The notes under the pieces: generated by a model
The model's input: only the letters and a program-made list of their open reading frames with translations
What the model was told of the DNA's origin: nothing
Database searches by the model: none
Made by a program: the position numbers and the translations under genes
Shown: piece after piece, positions 30,856-42,981 of the stretch
Layout: each line of letters begins with the position of its first letter
How positions within the stretch are numbered: the stretch's first letter is position 1
DNA from: Alistipes sp.
GTDB taxonomy: Bacteria; Bacteroidota; Bacteroidia; Bacteroidales; Rikenellaceae
Assembly: GCA_017555105.1 (NCBI GenBank)
Contig: JAFZHB010000021.1
Coordinates: forward strand, 24,929-88,928
DNA length: 64,000 nucleotides
Direction of reading: 5' to 3'

Positions 30856-31263
30856 ATGAAAAAGTATGTTTACTTATTGCTCGCAACTATGTTGTGCATT
30901 AGCTTCGTTAGTTGTGAAAAAGATGGCGACGATGGGAAGGACGCTGATCTGGAAAGCATCTTGCTTGTAGGTACTTGGAATCTTTATAAGAGTTGGGACG
31001 ATCATAGATTCTACGATGAAACCGGCTATCATAGTGGGTTTCGATTCGATGCTAATGGCAAAGGATTTTGGTACGAGAACGGCTACGATATCATGAAAGG
31101 GGAACGACAATATTTTACTTGGGAGTGTGCAAACTCTGTGTTAACCATTTATTATGATGAGGGTGCAGTTCAGCGTGCAACTATTAAACAAATCGATCAT
31201 GAAGAATTGATATTGTCCTATAATAAAGGTTTCGAGAAGGAGTACTATCATCGAGCAAATTAA
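30856..31263 (+). CDS. Lipocalin-like lipoprotein
   Basis: Signal peptide II (FVS-C), acidic export signal EKDGDDGK, LVGTW lipocalin-like motif; visibly lower GC than neighbours. Confidence 0.78.
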   Translation: MKKYVYLLLATMLCISFVSCEKDGDDGKDADLESILLVGTWNLYKSWDDHRFYDETGYHSGFRFDANGKGFWYENGYDIMKGERQYFTWECANSVLTIYYDEGAVQRATIKQIDHEELILSYNKGFEKEYYHRAN

Positions 31264-31277
31264 TGAAACACAACGAT

Positions 31278-31305
31278 GAGAGAGGGCGGCTAGCCGCCCT
31301 CTCTC
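31278..31305. terminator. Hairpin between convergent lipoprotein gene and gcvP
   Basis: GAGAGAGGGCGGC-TA-GCCGCCCTCTCTC. Confidence 0.7.
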
Positions 31306-31324
31306 GTTTATAAAGTCTGTTTCT

Positions 31325-34147
31325 CTACTCTTGATTCACGCAGCAGAGGTTTCTGTCGCCGAAGCCGTTGTCGATCTTCGTGACATAGGGGAAGAATTTC
31401 GACTCCTTGACCCATGCGAGCGGGAAGGCGGCCTCCTCGCGTGTGTAGGGGTGCGACCACTCGCCGGCCAACTCGACCGCCGTGTGGGGCGCCATCTTCA
31501 CGACATTCTCCTCCGTGCCAGCTGCCGCCTCGCACTCGTGTTTGATGCGGATCAGCGCCTCGATGAAGCGGTCCATCTCCTCTTTGGGCTCCGACTCCGT
31601 AGGCTCGACCATCAGCGTCTCGTGCACGGGGAACGAGAGGGTCGGGGCGTGGAAACCGTAGTCCATCAGGCGGTGGGCGATATCGCCACAATCGATGTTG
31701 TAGTCGTGCTTGAAGTGGGTCAGGTCGAGGATCATCTCATGGCCTACGCGACCCGTCTCACCCGAGTAGTAGGTGCGGAACTCCTCCTTCAGCGCCGAAG
31801 ACATGTAGTTGGCGTTGACGATCGCCATCTCCGTGGCCTTGCGCAGCCCCTCCTCGCCGAGCAGTTTGATATAACCATAGGTGATCGGGAGCAGCAGCGC
31901 CGAGCCCCACGGTGCGGAGCTCACGGCCGTGATGCCCTCCTCGCCACCGGTCTCGGTCAGCGGGTGTGAGGGAAGGAACTTTCTGAGCGCCTCGATCACG
32001 CAGATCGGGCCTACGCCCGGACCGCCACCGCCGTGCGGCATGGCGAAGGTCTTGTGCAGGTTGAGGTGGCAGACATCGGCACCAATGTAGCCCGGATTTG
32101 TAAGGCCGACCTGGGCGTTCATGTTCGCACCGTCCATATAGACCATACCGCCCACATCGTGTACTGCGTCGACAATCTCGCGGATGCGGCTCTCAAAGAC
32201 GCCGTGCGTTGAGGGGTAGGTGACCATCAGACAGCTCAGCTCCGAAGCGTGCTCCTCGGCCTTCTGCTTCAGATCCTCGACATCGATATTACCGTTGGCA
32301 TCGCACGCTACGGTGACGATCTTCATGCCGGCCATGGCTGCCGAAGCGGGATTTGTGCCGTGTGCCGAGGCGGGGATCAAGACGATGTTGCGGTAGCCCT
32401 GACCGCGGCTCTGGTGGTAGGCGCGGATCACCATCAGACCCGTATACTCACCTGCCGCACCCGAGTTCGGCTGCAGCGAGCAGGCGGCAAAGCCTGTGAT
32501 GGTGGAGAGATCCTGCTCCAGCTCGGCAATCAGCGTACGGATGCCCTCCGTCTGGTCGGCGGGAGCAAAGGGGTGCAGGTCCTGGAAGCCGGCCAACGAG
32601 AGCGGCTGCATTAGTACGGCTGCGTTGAGCTTCATCGTACACGAGCCGAGCGAGATCATCGAGTCGGCCAGCGAGATGTCGCGGTGCTCGAGCTGCTTGA
32701 TGTAGCGCATCAGGCCGCTCTCCGAGCGGTAGCGGTTGAAGACAGGCTCAGTCAGGAAGGCCGAGGTGCGCAGCAGTGCCTCAGGAAGCGTCGAGGGGGC
32801 ATCCCCCTTCGTCGCCTTCGGACGCTTGCCGATGGCTGTGGCGAAGATGCGGATCACGCGCTCGATCTCCTCGTCGGTCGTCACCTCGTCAAACGAGATG
32901 CGCACGCGCTCGTCGCTCGGATAGAAGAAGTTGATCTCCTCCTCCAAGGCGATTGACTGGATCACTGCAGCCTCGGCGGCGATATCGAGCGTGTCGAAGA
33001 AGTGCTGATTCGTGAGCTGGTAGCCCAGCGCCTCGAGGGCGCGTGCTACCTTGCAGGCGGCACGGTGTGCGGTCGTGGCGGCACGCTTCAGACCCTCCGC
33101 ACCGTTATAAACACAGTAGAAACCCACCATCGAGGCCATCAGCGCCGATGCCGTGCAGATGTTCGAAGTGGCACGCTCGCGCTTGATGTGTTGCTCGCGC
33201 ATCTGGAGTGCCATACGCAGGGCGCGGTTGCCCAGACGATCTACCGAGACACCGATGATGCGTCCCGGGAGGTTGCGTTTGAAGGCCTCGCGCGTGGCCA
33301 TATAACCAGCATGCGGGCCTCCGAAGCCCATCGGCGTACCCAGACGCTGGGTCGAGCCGACAGCGATGTCGGCACCCCACTCGGCAGGTGCTTTCAGCAG
33401 GGCGAGTGCCAGGAGATCGGCCACGGCCGTGACGAGCACGCCGTGGGCGTGAGCAGCCTCGGTGAAGGCCGTGTAGTCGCGTACAGCACCGTTGGCTGCG
33501 GGGTATTGCACGATGGCGCCAAACTCCATGCCCGAGAACTCATACTCGTCGAAGTCGTCGACGATCAGCTCGATGCCAAAGGGCTCGCTGCGCGTGAGTA
33601 GCAGGTCGAGCGTCTGCGGGAAGAGGTTGCGATCCACAAAGAGCAGGTTGCGACCCTCCTTCACGGCCTCGCGTGAGCGGAGGGCGAACATCATCAGCAT
33701 CGCCTCGGCTACGGCCGTACTCTCATCAAGGAGCGAGCAGTTGGCGATCTGCATGCCGGTCAGCGAGACGATGGCGGTCTGGTAGTTGAGCAGCGCCTCC
33801 AGGCGGCCCTGCGAAATCTCGGCCTGATAGGGGGTATAGGAGGTGTACCAGGCGGGGTTCTCGAAGACATTGCGCACGACGGCTGCCGGTACGGCGTTGG
33901 GGTAGTAGCCCATGCCGATAAACGAGCGTAGGGTGCGGTTGCGGTCGGCCAGCGCACGGATGTGGGCGGCAAACTCATACTCGCTCATCCCCTTTTCGAG
34001 GGCAAGCGGTTTTTTCAGGCGGATCGACTGCGGAATGACCTGACCGATCAACTCCTCCACCGAATTGACTCCGATGACCGAGAGCATCTCCTGCAACTCG
34101 GCCGGATTGGTTACGCCAATGTGGCGCGAAGCGAAATTGTCGAACAT
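31325..34147 (-). CDS. gcvP: Glycine dehydrogenase (decarboxylating), P protein
   Basis: YTPYQAEISQGRLE, ATSNICTA, LGSCTMKLN, HLNLHKTF. Confidence 0.98.
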   Translation of the reverse strand: MFDNFASRHIGVTNPAELQEMLSVIGVNSVEELIGQVIPQSIRLKKPLALEKGMSEYEFAAHIRALADRNRTLRSFIGMGYYPNAVPAAVVRNVFENPAWYTSYTPYQAEISQGRLEALLNYQTAIVSLTGMQIANCSLLDESTAVAEAMLMMFALRSREAVKEGRNLLFVDRNLFPQTLDLLLTRSEPFGIELIVDDFDEYEFSGMEFGAIVQYPAANGAVRDYTAFTEAAHAHGVLVTAVADLLALALLKAPAEWGADIAVGSTQRLGTPMGFGGPHAGYMATREAFKRNLPGRIIGVSVDRLGNRALRMALQMREQHIKRERATSNICTASALMASMVGFYCVYNGAEGLKRAATTAHRAACKVARALEALGYQLTNQHFFDTLDIAAEAAVIQSIALEEEINFFYPSDERVRISFDEVTTDEEIERVIRIFATAIGKRPKATKGDAPSTLPEALLRTSAFLTEPVFNRYRSESGLMRYIKQLEHRDISLADSMISLGSCTMKLNAAVLMQPLSLAGFQDLHPFAPADQTEGIRTLIAELEQDLSTITGFAACSLQPNSGAAGEYTGLMVIRAYHQSRGQGYRNIVLIPASAHGTNPASAAMAGMKIVTVACDANGNIDVEDLKQKAEEHASELSCLMVTYPSTHGVFESRIREIVDAVHDVGGMVYMDGANMNAQVGLTNPGYIGADVCHLNLHKTFAMPHGGGGPGVGPICVIEALRKFLPSHPLTETGGEEGITAVSSAPWGSALLLPITYGYIKLLGEEGLRKATEMAIVNANYMSSALKEEFRTYYSGETGRVGHEMILDLTHFKHDYNIDCGDIAHRLMDYGFHAPTLSFPVHETLMVEPTESEPKEEMDRFIEALIRIKHECEAAAGTEENVVKMAPHTAVELAGEWSHPYTREEAAFPLAWVKESKFFPYVTKIDNGFGDRNLCCVNQE

Positions 34148-34223
34148 ATCGTGTGTGTTTATTTTGTGTCAGTTTTGTGTATGCAAAGATATGCTAATTT
34201 TATTTGTGACGGCTCATCTCTCC

Positions 34224-35897
34224 TTAATATTTGAAGGTGCTGCCACCGATAAATTCGCGCAGGACGGAGGTGGGTGGTATCTCGTCGGGCGCGATGGGGA
34301 TGAAGTTGTCGAGGAACTGCAACATGCGGTGCGCCTCGTTGTACTCGGGGATCGTGTCGGGCACTTCGCGCAGGATTGGCTCGGCAAAGGGGCGCAGCAC
34401 GGAGAGCTCGTAGAAGAGCGAGGAGTTGAACATCACATCGGCATTCTCTTGGTAGGGGAAGATGTGCTTCTCCTCACCACGGCGTACCGAACCCCACCGC
34501 TGCAGCGTGGCCACGGCATCGTTGCCGCGCATGCGGTAGTCGCGGATCATGCGGCGAAGCAGACGGTTGTCGGTCGTGGCGATGCGTGAGAGGTTGTCCA
34601 TGGCTACCGAGGTGAAGCAGGAGATGTAGATGCGGAACTTCTGGCTCTCGGGGATGCTCGGGGTGAGGCGCGGATTGAGTCCGTGAATGCCCTCGATGAT
34701 CAGGATCGAGCGCTCGTCGAGCTGCAGCGGCTCATCGTGCCACTGGCGCTTGCCGGTGATGAAGTTGTAGCGTGGCACCTCGATCCGCTCACCCGCGACA
34801 AGGCGTTGCAGGTGATCGTTGAAGAGCTCCAGGTCGATCGCTTCGAGTGCCTCGTAGTCGTATTCGCCGTGCTCGTCGAGCGGGGTCTTTTCGCGCTCCA
34901 CGAAGTAGTCGTCGAGGGCGATCAGCACGGGGTGGAAACCCAACACGCCAAGCTGCACGGCTAAACGCTTCGAAGATGTGGTCTTGCCGCTCGATGATGG
35001 CCCCGAGATCAGCACCAGACGCACATCGCGCTCCTCGTGTGCCTGTTTTACGGCGTCGGCAATGTCGGCAAATTTGCGTTCGTGGAAGGCTTCGCCCACC
35101 TTGATCATGGCGCCACCTTCACCGGCCGAGGCGCGGTGGTTGATTGCACCGACGGTCGGGAAGCCCATCATCTCGACCCACGACTGATACTCGTCGAACA
35201 GGTCGGTAATCTTCTCCTGATGTGGCTCGTCGGGCAGCACTTCGGGGTTGGTGCGAAGCGGCAGGCGCAGGTGAAATCCGTGGTAGTAGGGCGAGAGATC
35301 GAAGGCTGTGAGGTAGGCCGACGAGGGGGCTAACGCTCCGTAGAAGTAGCCCACGGCGTCGCCCATCTGGTGCATGGTGCTGTAGAGACGCGGTTTCGAG
35401 TCGAGGAGCTCGATCTTGTCTGCAAAGCCGCGCTCGGCGTAGCAGGCACGCACCTCGGAGGTGAGCATACGGCAACGGGTGATCGGACGCGCCTCGCGAA
35501 CAATCTCCTCCATACGCGCCTTGAGTCGGGCGATCTCCTCGTGAGTGAAGCTGCAGATGTCGTCGATCTCGCAGTAGAAACCGCTCTGGCCAAGCGAATG
35601 GCGGATGTGCAGCGTGTGTGATGGGTAGCAGTCGCGCACCGCCTCCTGCAGGATGAACCACGCCGTGCGTTGCAGCACGCGCAACCCCTCGAACGAGGTG
35701 CAGTCGATCAGTCGCACCGTGACCGGCTTGTAGATGCGGTAGCTCAGCTCCTTGATGCGGTTGTTGACCATGGCGGCCAGATAGGGATACTTCGTCGTCG
35801 CCGATCGGGTAGCGATCTCCGAGAGCGGTGTTCCCATCGCTACTTGTAGTTCGGTGTTGTCATGTTCGCAGATGACGCGGATCATATCTTCCATCAT
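34224..35897 (-). CDS. Nucleoside/uridine kinase with N-terminal ThrRS-like domain
   Basis: ISGPSSSGKTT, LDDYF, IIEGIHGLNP, TTDNRLLRR, REFIGGS. Confidence 0.9.
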   Translation of the reverse strand: MMEDMIRVICEHDNTELQVAMGTPLSEIATRSATTKYPYLAAMVNNRIKELSYRIYKPVTVRLIDCTSFEGLRVLQRTAWFILQEAVRDCYPSHTLHIRHSLGQSGFYCEIDDICSFTHEEIARLKARMEEIVREARPITRCRMLTSEVRACYAERGFADKIELLDSKPRLYSTMHQMGDAVGYFYGALAPSSAYLTAFDLSPYYHGFHLRLPLRTNPEVLPDEPHQEKITDLFDEYQSWVEMMGFPTVGAINHRASAGEGGAMIKVGEAFHERKFADIADAVKQAHEERDVRLVLISGPSSSGKTTSSKRLAVQLGVLGFHPVLIALDDYFVEREKTPLDEHGEYDYEALEAIDLELFNDHLQRLVAGERIEVPRYNFITGKRQWHDEPLQLDERSILIIEGIHGLNPRLTPSIPESQKFRIYISCFTSVAMDNLSRIATTDNRLLRRMIRDYRMRGNDAVATLQRWGSVRRGEEKHIFPYQENADVMFNSSLFYELSVLRPFAEPILREVPDTIPEYNEAHRMLQFLDNFIPIAPDEIPPTSVLREFIGGSTFKY

Positions 35898-35979
35898 TTT
35901 GCGGATTTTTTCACTCTGAAAGATAGAAATTATTTTTATATTTGCCAAGTATTTAAATCCGTTTAGACCCGATTTGACG

Positions 35980-37401
35980 ATGAAATTTACGATTCGCACC
36001 CTTCTGTTGGTGATTTTAACCCTGTTGGCTGTACGCTGCGTGCAGCGTGAGCGTACGCTGGTGATCCTCTCGACGAACGATATGCACGGTAAGATCCAGC
36101 GCTTCCCGGAGCTGGCTACGGCCGTGGCCGCCTGCCGCGACACGACCGATCGTGTGTTGCTGGTCGATGCCGGCGACCGCTGGACGGGAAATGCTTATGT
36201 GGATCGCGTTGCTGAGCGGGGTCGCCCGATTGTTGACCTGATGAAGGTGGTGGGCTATGATGCCGTTGCGCTCGGAAACCACGAGTTTGACTTTGGACAG
36301 GCGCACCTGGGTGCCATGCTCGATTCGGTCTTTGGCTTCGATGTGGTGTGTGCCAATGTGGTGAGCGACACCTGCACCTTCCGCGATCCGGCCGATTATG
36401 TGATCCTCGAGCGAGGGGGTGTGAAGGTGGGTCTGGTGGGTGTGATTACCACCTACGAGGGGAACAATACCCCCGCAGGACAGGCCTCCAGCTATGTGGG
36501 GCTCTCGTTCCTCGATCCGCAGCAGGAGGCGGTGCGTTGCGCCGAGGAGCTGCGCGACAAGGTTGATGTGTTGGTGCTCCTCTCGCATATGGGTGATGAT
36601 CGCGATATGGAGCTGTTGGCGCGTGAGTCGCGCTACGATGTGCTGATTGGTGGCCATACGCACGAGTACCGCGACACGGTGGTCTGCGGCACGCAGCTTA
36701 CGCAGGCCTATAAGGATCTGCGCAATGTGGGAGTGACGAAGATCCGCTTGCGTGGCAAGCGTGTGCAGTCGGTTGATTATGAGAATATCCCCATTACGAA
36801 CTTTGCTCCCGACAGTGCGATGCGTGCGGCTGTGCAGCGCTACTATGCCGATGAGGAGCTGAATCGTCCGATCGGCACCTTCGCTCAGACCGCTACGCAG
36901 ATTGGTCTGGCGAACTGGTTTGTTGATGCCATGCTGCGCCATACGAAGGCGGAGGTGGGCTTCTACCACTACGGTGGTGTGCGCCTCGATTCGATCGCTG
37001 CAGGTGGGGTGGGCACGGCTACGATCTACGACCTGGAGCCCTTCTCGTCGCACGCAGCAACGATGTGTATGACTCCTGCACAGATGCGCCAAATGCTCAT
37101 GGCGAAGTTCAACGAGCCGACGCGCGAGGGTGGACGCTATGACCTGATCTCGAAGACCCCCTATCAGATCCTGACCGATGCCGCGGGACGTGCGGTCGAT
37201 GTGCGCTTCCCGACGCTGAAGGAGGGTCGTATCTACCGCGTGGCGATCAGCGATTATGCCTTTAAGAACTACCGTGGCTTGGAGTATAGCGAGGGACGCG
37301 TGGAAGAGGCTTTGCTGACCGATTTGCTCTTTGAGGAGCTGCGTCGTGGCGCGGTGAACCCCGACAATACGGCCTACGGAACGATTCGTTCGGTGAAGTA
37401 G
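35980..37401 (+). CDS. Bifunctional UDP-sugar hydrolase/5'-nucleotidase family metallophosphatase (exported, probable lipoprotein)
   Basis: TNDMHG, DAGD, GNHEFD, GGHTH. Confidence 0.9.
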   Translation: MKFTIRTLLLVILTLLAVRCVQRERTLVILSTNDMHGKIQRFPELATAVAACRDTTDRVLLVDAGDRWTGNAYVDRVAERGRPIVDLMKVVGYDAVALGNHEFDFGQAHLGAMLDSVFGFDVVCANVVSDTCTFRDPADYVILERGGVKVGLVGVITTYEGNNTPAGQASSYVGLSFLDPQQEAVRCAEELRDKVDVLVLLSHMGDDRDMELLARESRYDVLIGGHTHEYRDTVVCGTQLTQAYKDLRNVGVTKIRLRGKRVQSVDYENIPITNFAPDSAMRAAVQRYYADEELNRPIGTFAQTATQIGLANWFVDAMLRHTKAEVGFYHYGGVRLDSIAAGGVGTATIYDLEPFSSHAATMCMTPAQMRQMLMAKFNEPTREGGRYDLISKTPYQILTDAAGRAVDVRFPTLKEGRIYRVAISDYAFKNYRGLEYSEGRVEEALLTDLLFEELRRGAVNPDNTAYGTIRSVK

Positions 37402-37402
37402 T

Positions 37403-37855
37403 ATGGAGTTGAAACTCAAATGGTTCAAGGAGCTTTCGGGGGAGGAGGTCTATCGCCTGATGCAGGCGCGCTCGGAGGTCTTCTTCCTTGAACAGCAGAT
37501 CACGGTCGAGGATGCCGATGGAATCGATCTGCAGGCGCTGCACCTTTGGTTGGAGGAGGCGGGCGAGGTGGTTGCTCTGCTGCGCATCCTGCCACCCGAG
37601 GTGACCGAGGATGGATTCCCTTCGATCGGACGCCTCTTGGTGCGTCGTCCGTGGCGGAGGAGAGGCCTCTGTCGAAGGATGATGCTGGAGGCGATCGACT
37701 GTGTGCAACGCAACTGGCCGCAGCTGGAGATTCATATCTCAGCGCAACGCTATCTGGTCGACTTTTATGGTGAGTTGGGCTTTGAGATCACCTCGGATAT
37801 CTATCTGGAGGCGGGTATCGAGCATCAAAGTATGCGGATGGCAGCAAAGTGTTGA
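37403..37855 (+). CDS. GNAT acetyltransferase, ElaA-like
   Basis: RSEVFFLEQ, IGRLLV, ISAQRYL, YLEAGIEH. Confidence 0.88.
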   Translation: MELKLKWFKELSGEEVYRLMQARSEVFFLEQQITVEDADGIDLQALHLWLEEAGEVVALLRILPPEVTEDGFPSIGRLLVRRPWRRRGLCRRMMLEAIDCVQRNWPQLEIHISAQRYLVDFYGELGFEITSDIYLEAGIEHQSMRMAAKC

Positions 37856-38028
37856 GGCTTGCTGCTGACTCTATGTGGTTGATTCTCTGCATTAATTTTG
37901 AATTCTAAATTTTGAATTCTGATTTTTTTGTCGTACCTTTGCAGTCCTTGCGCGTGTGCGTGAGGACTTAAATTATTTATTATTAACCATTTAACGAGCG
38001 ATTGTATCGCAAAACAATTTTCCAAGTT

Positions 38029-39849
38029 ATGCAGGAAATTAAGAATGTCGTTTCGAACGAGAATTTCGATTGGAACGCTTTTGAGCAGGAGCTGGGTATC
38101 TACGACCAGCCCAAAGAGCAGATTTCGGAGGCCTACAACCAGACCCTCTCGAACATCAATGTTGGTGAGGTAGTTGAGGGTACCGTTACGGGCATCACGA
38201 AGCGTGAGGTTCTCGTGAACATCGGCTACAAGTCGGAGGGTGTGATCTCGGTTGCAGAGTTCCGTTACAACCCCGAGCTGCAGATCGGCGACGCTGTTGA
38301 GGTGTATGTTGACTCGGCTGAGGACAAGAACGGTCAGCTCTCGCTGTCGCACAAGAAGGCTCGTCAGCTCAAGTCGTGGGATCGTGTAAACGAGGCCCTC
38401 GAGAAGGACGAGATCATCAAGGGTTACATCAAGTGCCGCACGAAGGGTGGTATGATTGTCGATGTATTTGGCATCGAGGCCTTCCTCCCCGGTTCGCAGA
38501 TTGACGTGAAGCCGATCCGTGACTACGACATCTATGTTGACAAGACCATGGAGTTCAAGGTTGTTAAGATCAACCAGGAGTTCCGCAATGTTGTTGTGTC
38601 GCACAAGGCCCTCATCGAGGCTGAGCTTGAGGCACAGAAGCAGGTTATCATGTCGAAGCTCGAGAAGGGTCAGATCCTGGAGGGTACCGTTAAGAACATC
38701 ACCTCGTACGGCGTATTCGTTGACCTGGGCGGTGTAGACGGTCTGATCCACATCACCGACCTGTCGTGGGGCCGCGTAAGCCACCCGGAGGAGGTTGTAG
38801 AGTTCGACCAGAAGATTCAGGTTGTTATCCTCGACTTCGATGACCAGAAGAAGCGTATCGCTCTGGGTCTGAAGCAGCTGACGGCTCACCCCTGGGAGGC
38901 TCTGGATCAGAACCTCGCAGTAGGCGACAAGGTTAAGGGTAAGGTAGTTGTGATGGCTGACTACGGCGCATTCGTTGAGATCGCTCCCGGTGTTGAGGGT
39001 CTGATCCATGTATCGGAGATGTCGTGGAGCCAGCACCTGCGTTCGGCTCAGGAGTTCATGAAGGTGGGCGACGAGGTTGAGGCTGTAGTGCTGACGCTGG
39101 ATCGCGCAGAGCGCAAGATGTCGCTCGGCATCAAGCAGCTTTCGGCTGATCCCTGGGAGAACATCGAGACGCGTTACCCCGTAGGTGCAAAGTGCACGGC
39201 TAAGGTACGCAACTTCACGAACTTCGGCGTATTCGTTGAGATCGAGGAGGGTATCGACGGCCTGATCCACATCTCGGATCTGTCGTGGACGAAGAAGATC
39301 AAGCACCCGGGCGAGTTTACGCAGGTAGGCGCCGCTATCGAGGTGGTTGTTCTCGAGATCGACAAGGAGAACCGTCGTCTGTCGCTGGGTCACAAGCAGC
39401 TGGAGGAGAACCCCTGGGCTGCAATCGAGGCTCAGTTCCCCGTTGACAGCGTAGTTGAGGGTACGATCTCGGAGATGACCGAGAAGGGTGCTGTTGTAAC
39501 GCTGGCTGAGAATGTAGAGGGCTTCTGCCCGACGCGTCAGCTGACGAAGGAGGACGGCACGACCCCGAAGGCTGGTGAGGCTCTTTCGTTCAAGGTGATC
39601 GAGTTCTCGAAGGCTACGAAGCGCATCACGCTCTCGCATGTTCGCACCTATGAGGATGCTAAGCGTGCCGAGATCGCAGCCGAGAAGGCTGAGAAGCGCG
39701 CTGCTGCTGACGCTACGAAGTCGACCGTGAAGAAGATCAACGCTTCGGTTGAGAAGACCACGCTCGGCGACATCGCAGGTCTGGCTGCCCTGAAGAGCGC
39801 CATGGAGGCTGAGGCCAAGAAGGCGAAGAAGGGCGAGGTTGAGGAGTAA
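38029..39849 (+). CDS. rpsA: 30S ribosomal protein S1
   Basis: Six S1 repeats (AFLPGSQID, GLIHITDLSW, GLIHVSEMSW); TACCTTTG promoter at 37934-37941. Confidence 0.97.
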   Translation: MQEIKNVVSNENFDWNAFEQELGIYDQPKEQISEAYNQTLSNINVGEVVEGTVTGITKREVLVNIGYKSEGVISVAEFRYNPELQIGDAVEVYVDSAEDKNGQLSLSHKKARQLKSWDRVNEALEKDEIIKGYIKCRTKGGMIVDVFGIEAFLPGSQIDVKPIRDYDIYVDKTMEFKVVKINQEFRNVVVSHKALIEAELEAQKQVIMSKLEKGQILEGTVKNITSYGVFVDLGGVDGLIHITDLSWGRVSHPEEVVEFDQKIQVVILDFDDQKKRIALGLKQLTAHPWEALDQNLAVGDKVKGKVVVMADYGAFVEIAPGVEGLIHVSEMSWSQHLRSAQEFMKVGDEVEAVVLTLDRAERKMSLGIKQLSADPWENIETRYPVGAKCTAKVRNFTNFGVFVEIEEGIDGLIHISDLSWTKKIKHPGEFTQVGAAIEVVVLEIDKENRRLSLGHKQLEENPWAAIEAQFPVDSVVEGTISEMTEKGAVVTLAENVEGFCPTRQLTKEDGTTPKAGEALSFKVIEFSKATKRITLSHVRTYEDAKRAEIAAEKAEKRAAADATKSTVKKINASVEKTTLGDIAGLAALKSAMEAEAKKAKKGEVEE

Positions 39850-39870
39850 TCCGATTCCAAGCAAATAAGC

Positions 39871-39904
39871 GAGCCCCGCTCCCAATGAGGAGCGGGGCTT
39901 TTTT
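39871..39904 (+). terminator. Terminator after rpsA
   Basis: AGCCCCGCTCC ... GGAGCGGGGCT followed by T-run. Confidence 0.8.
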
Positions 39905-39921
39905 GTGCCTTGCGGTGTAGG

Positions 39922-42351
<2,430 letters not shown>

Positions 42352-42542
42352 AAATCGTATATCTATCGTCTTCTTGCAAAGAACGAAGAGGAAACGAATT
42401 GTAGTATATATCCGACGAAATGAATAAAAGAGGGTGGGTTTTGCTCGGTGATACGATGAAAATAGAAAAGGTGTCGATTTTTCGACACCTTCTTACTCTG
42501 TTTTTGTGTAGGGGCTTGCGTACGGCACTGCGCAAAAACAAA

Positions 42543-42570
42543 AAAACGACTGATGTTTATCAGTCGTTTT
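42543..42570 (-). terminator. Terminator hairpin downstream of tRNA-Val
   Basis: AAAACGACTGAT-GTTT-ATCAGTCGTTTT. Confidence 0.7.
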
Positions 42571-42579
42571 CGAATTGTG

Positions 42580-42654
42580 TGGGAGCTGAGGGATTCGAAC
42601 CCCCGACCCTCTGCTTGTAAGGCAGATGCTCTGAACCAGCTGAGCTAAGCTCCC
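42580..42654 (-). tRNA. tRNA-Val (TAC)
   Basis: GGGAGCTTAGCTCAGCTGG...CTGCCTTACAAGCAG...GTTCGAATCCCTCAGCTCCCA cloverleaf. Confidence 0.96.
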
Positions 42655-42802
42655 GAATGAATGGCTTGGGACTGCAAAGGTAACTCTTTTTTTTGAAACT
42701 CCAAATCTTTTTGAAATATTTTTCATTTTTTTTCGTTTCAAGGTCTTTTTTAGCCGACCTTTGCATTTTTGTAAAGAACCTTACGCAACCCTCGCGCATC
42801 TG

Positions 42803-42876
42803 CGCCTGAACAAGGACTTGAACCTAGGACCCCATGATTAACAGTCATGTGCTCTAACCGACTGAGCTATTCAGGC
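42803..42876 (-). tRNA. tRNA-Asn (GTT)
   Basis: GCCTGAATAGCTCAGTCGG...CATGACTGTTAATCATG...GGTTCAAGTCC...TTCAGGCG cloverleaf. Confidence 0.95.
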
Positions 42877-42981
42877 ATTGTGCAACCCGTTTTTGTCGTT
42901 TTGCGAGTGCAAATATACGGCAAATTTTCATTCTTGCAAAAGAATTGCAAAAAAAAATTAAAAAAAATGTAACTTTGTAGC

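Noticed and set aside
37894-37924. 7-bp AATT(T/C)T(G/A) tandem units (also near 14356-14380)
   Set aside because: Only 3-4 units; common low-complexity intergenic motif with no associated gene.
42580-42876. tRNA-anchored genomic island
   Set aside because: No integrase and no duplicated tRNA 3' end seen; flanks look like core genes.
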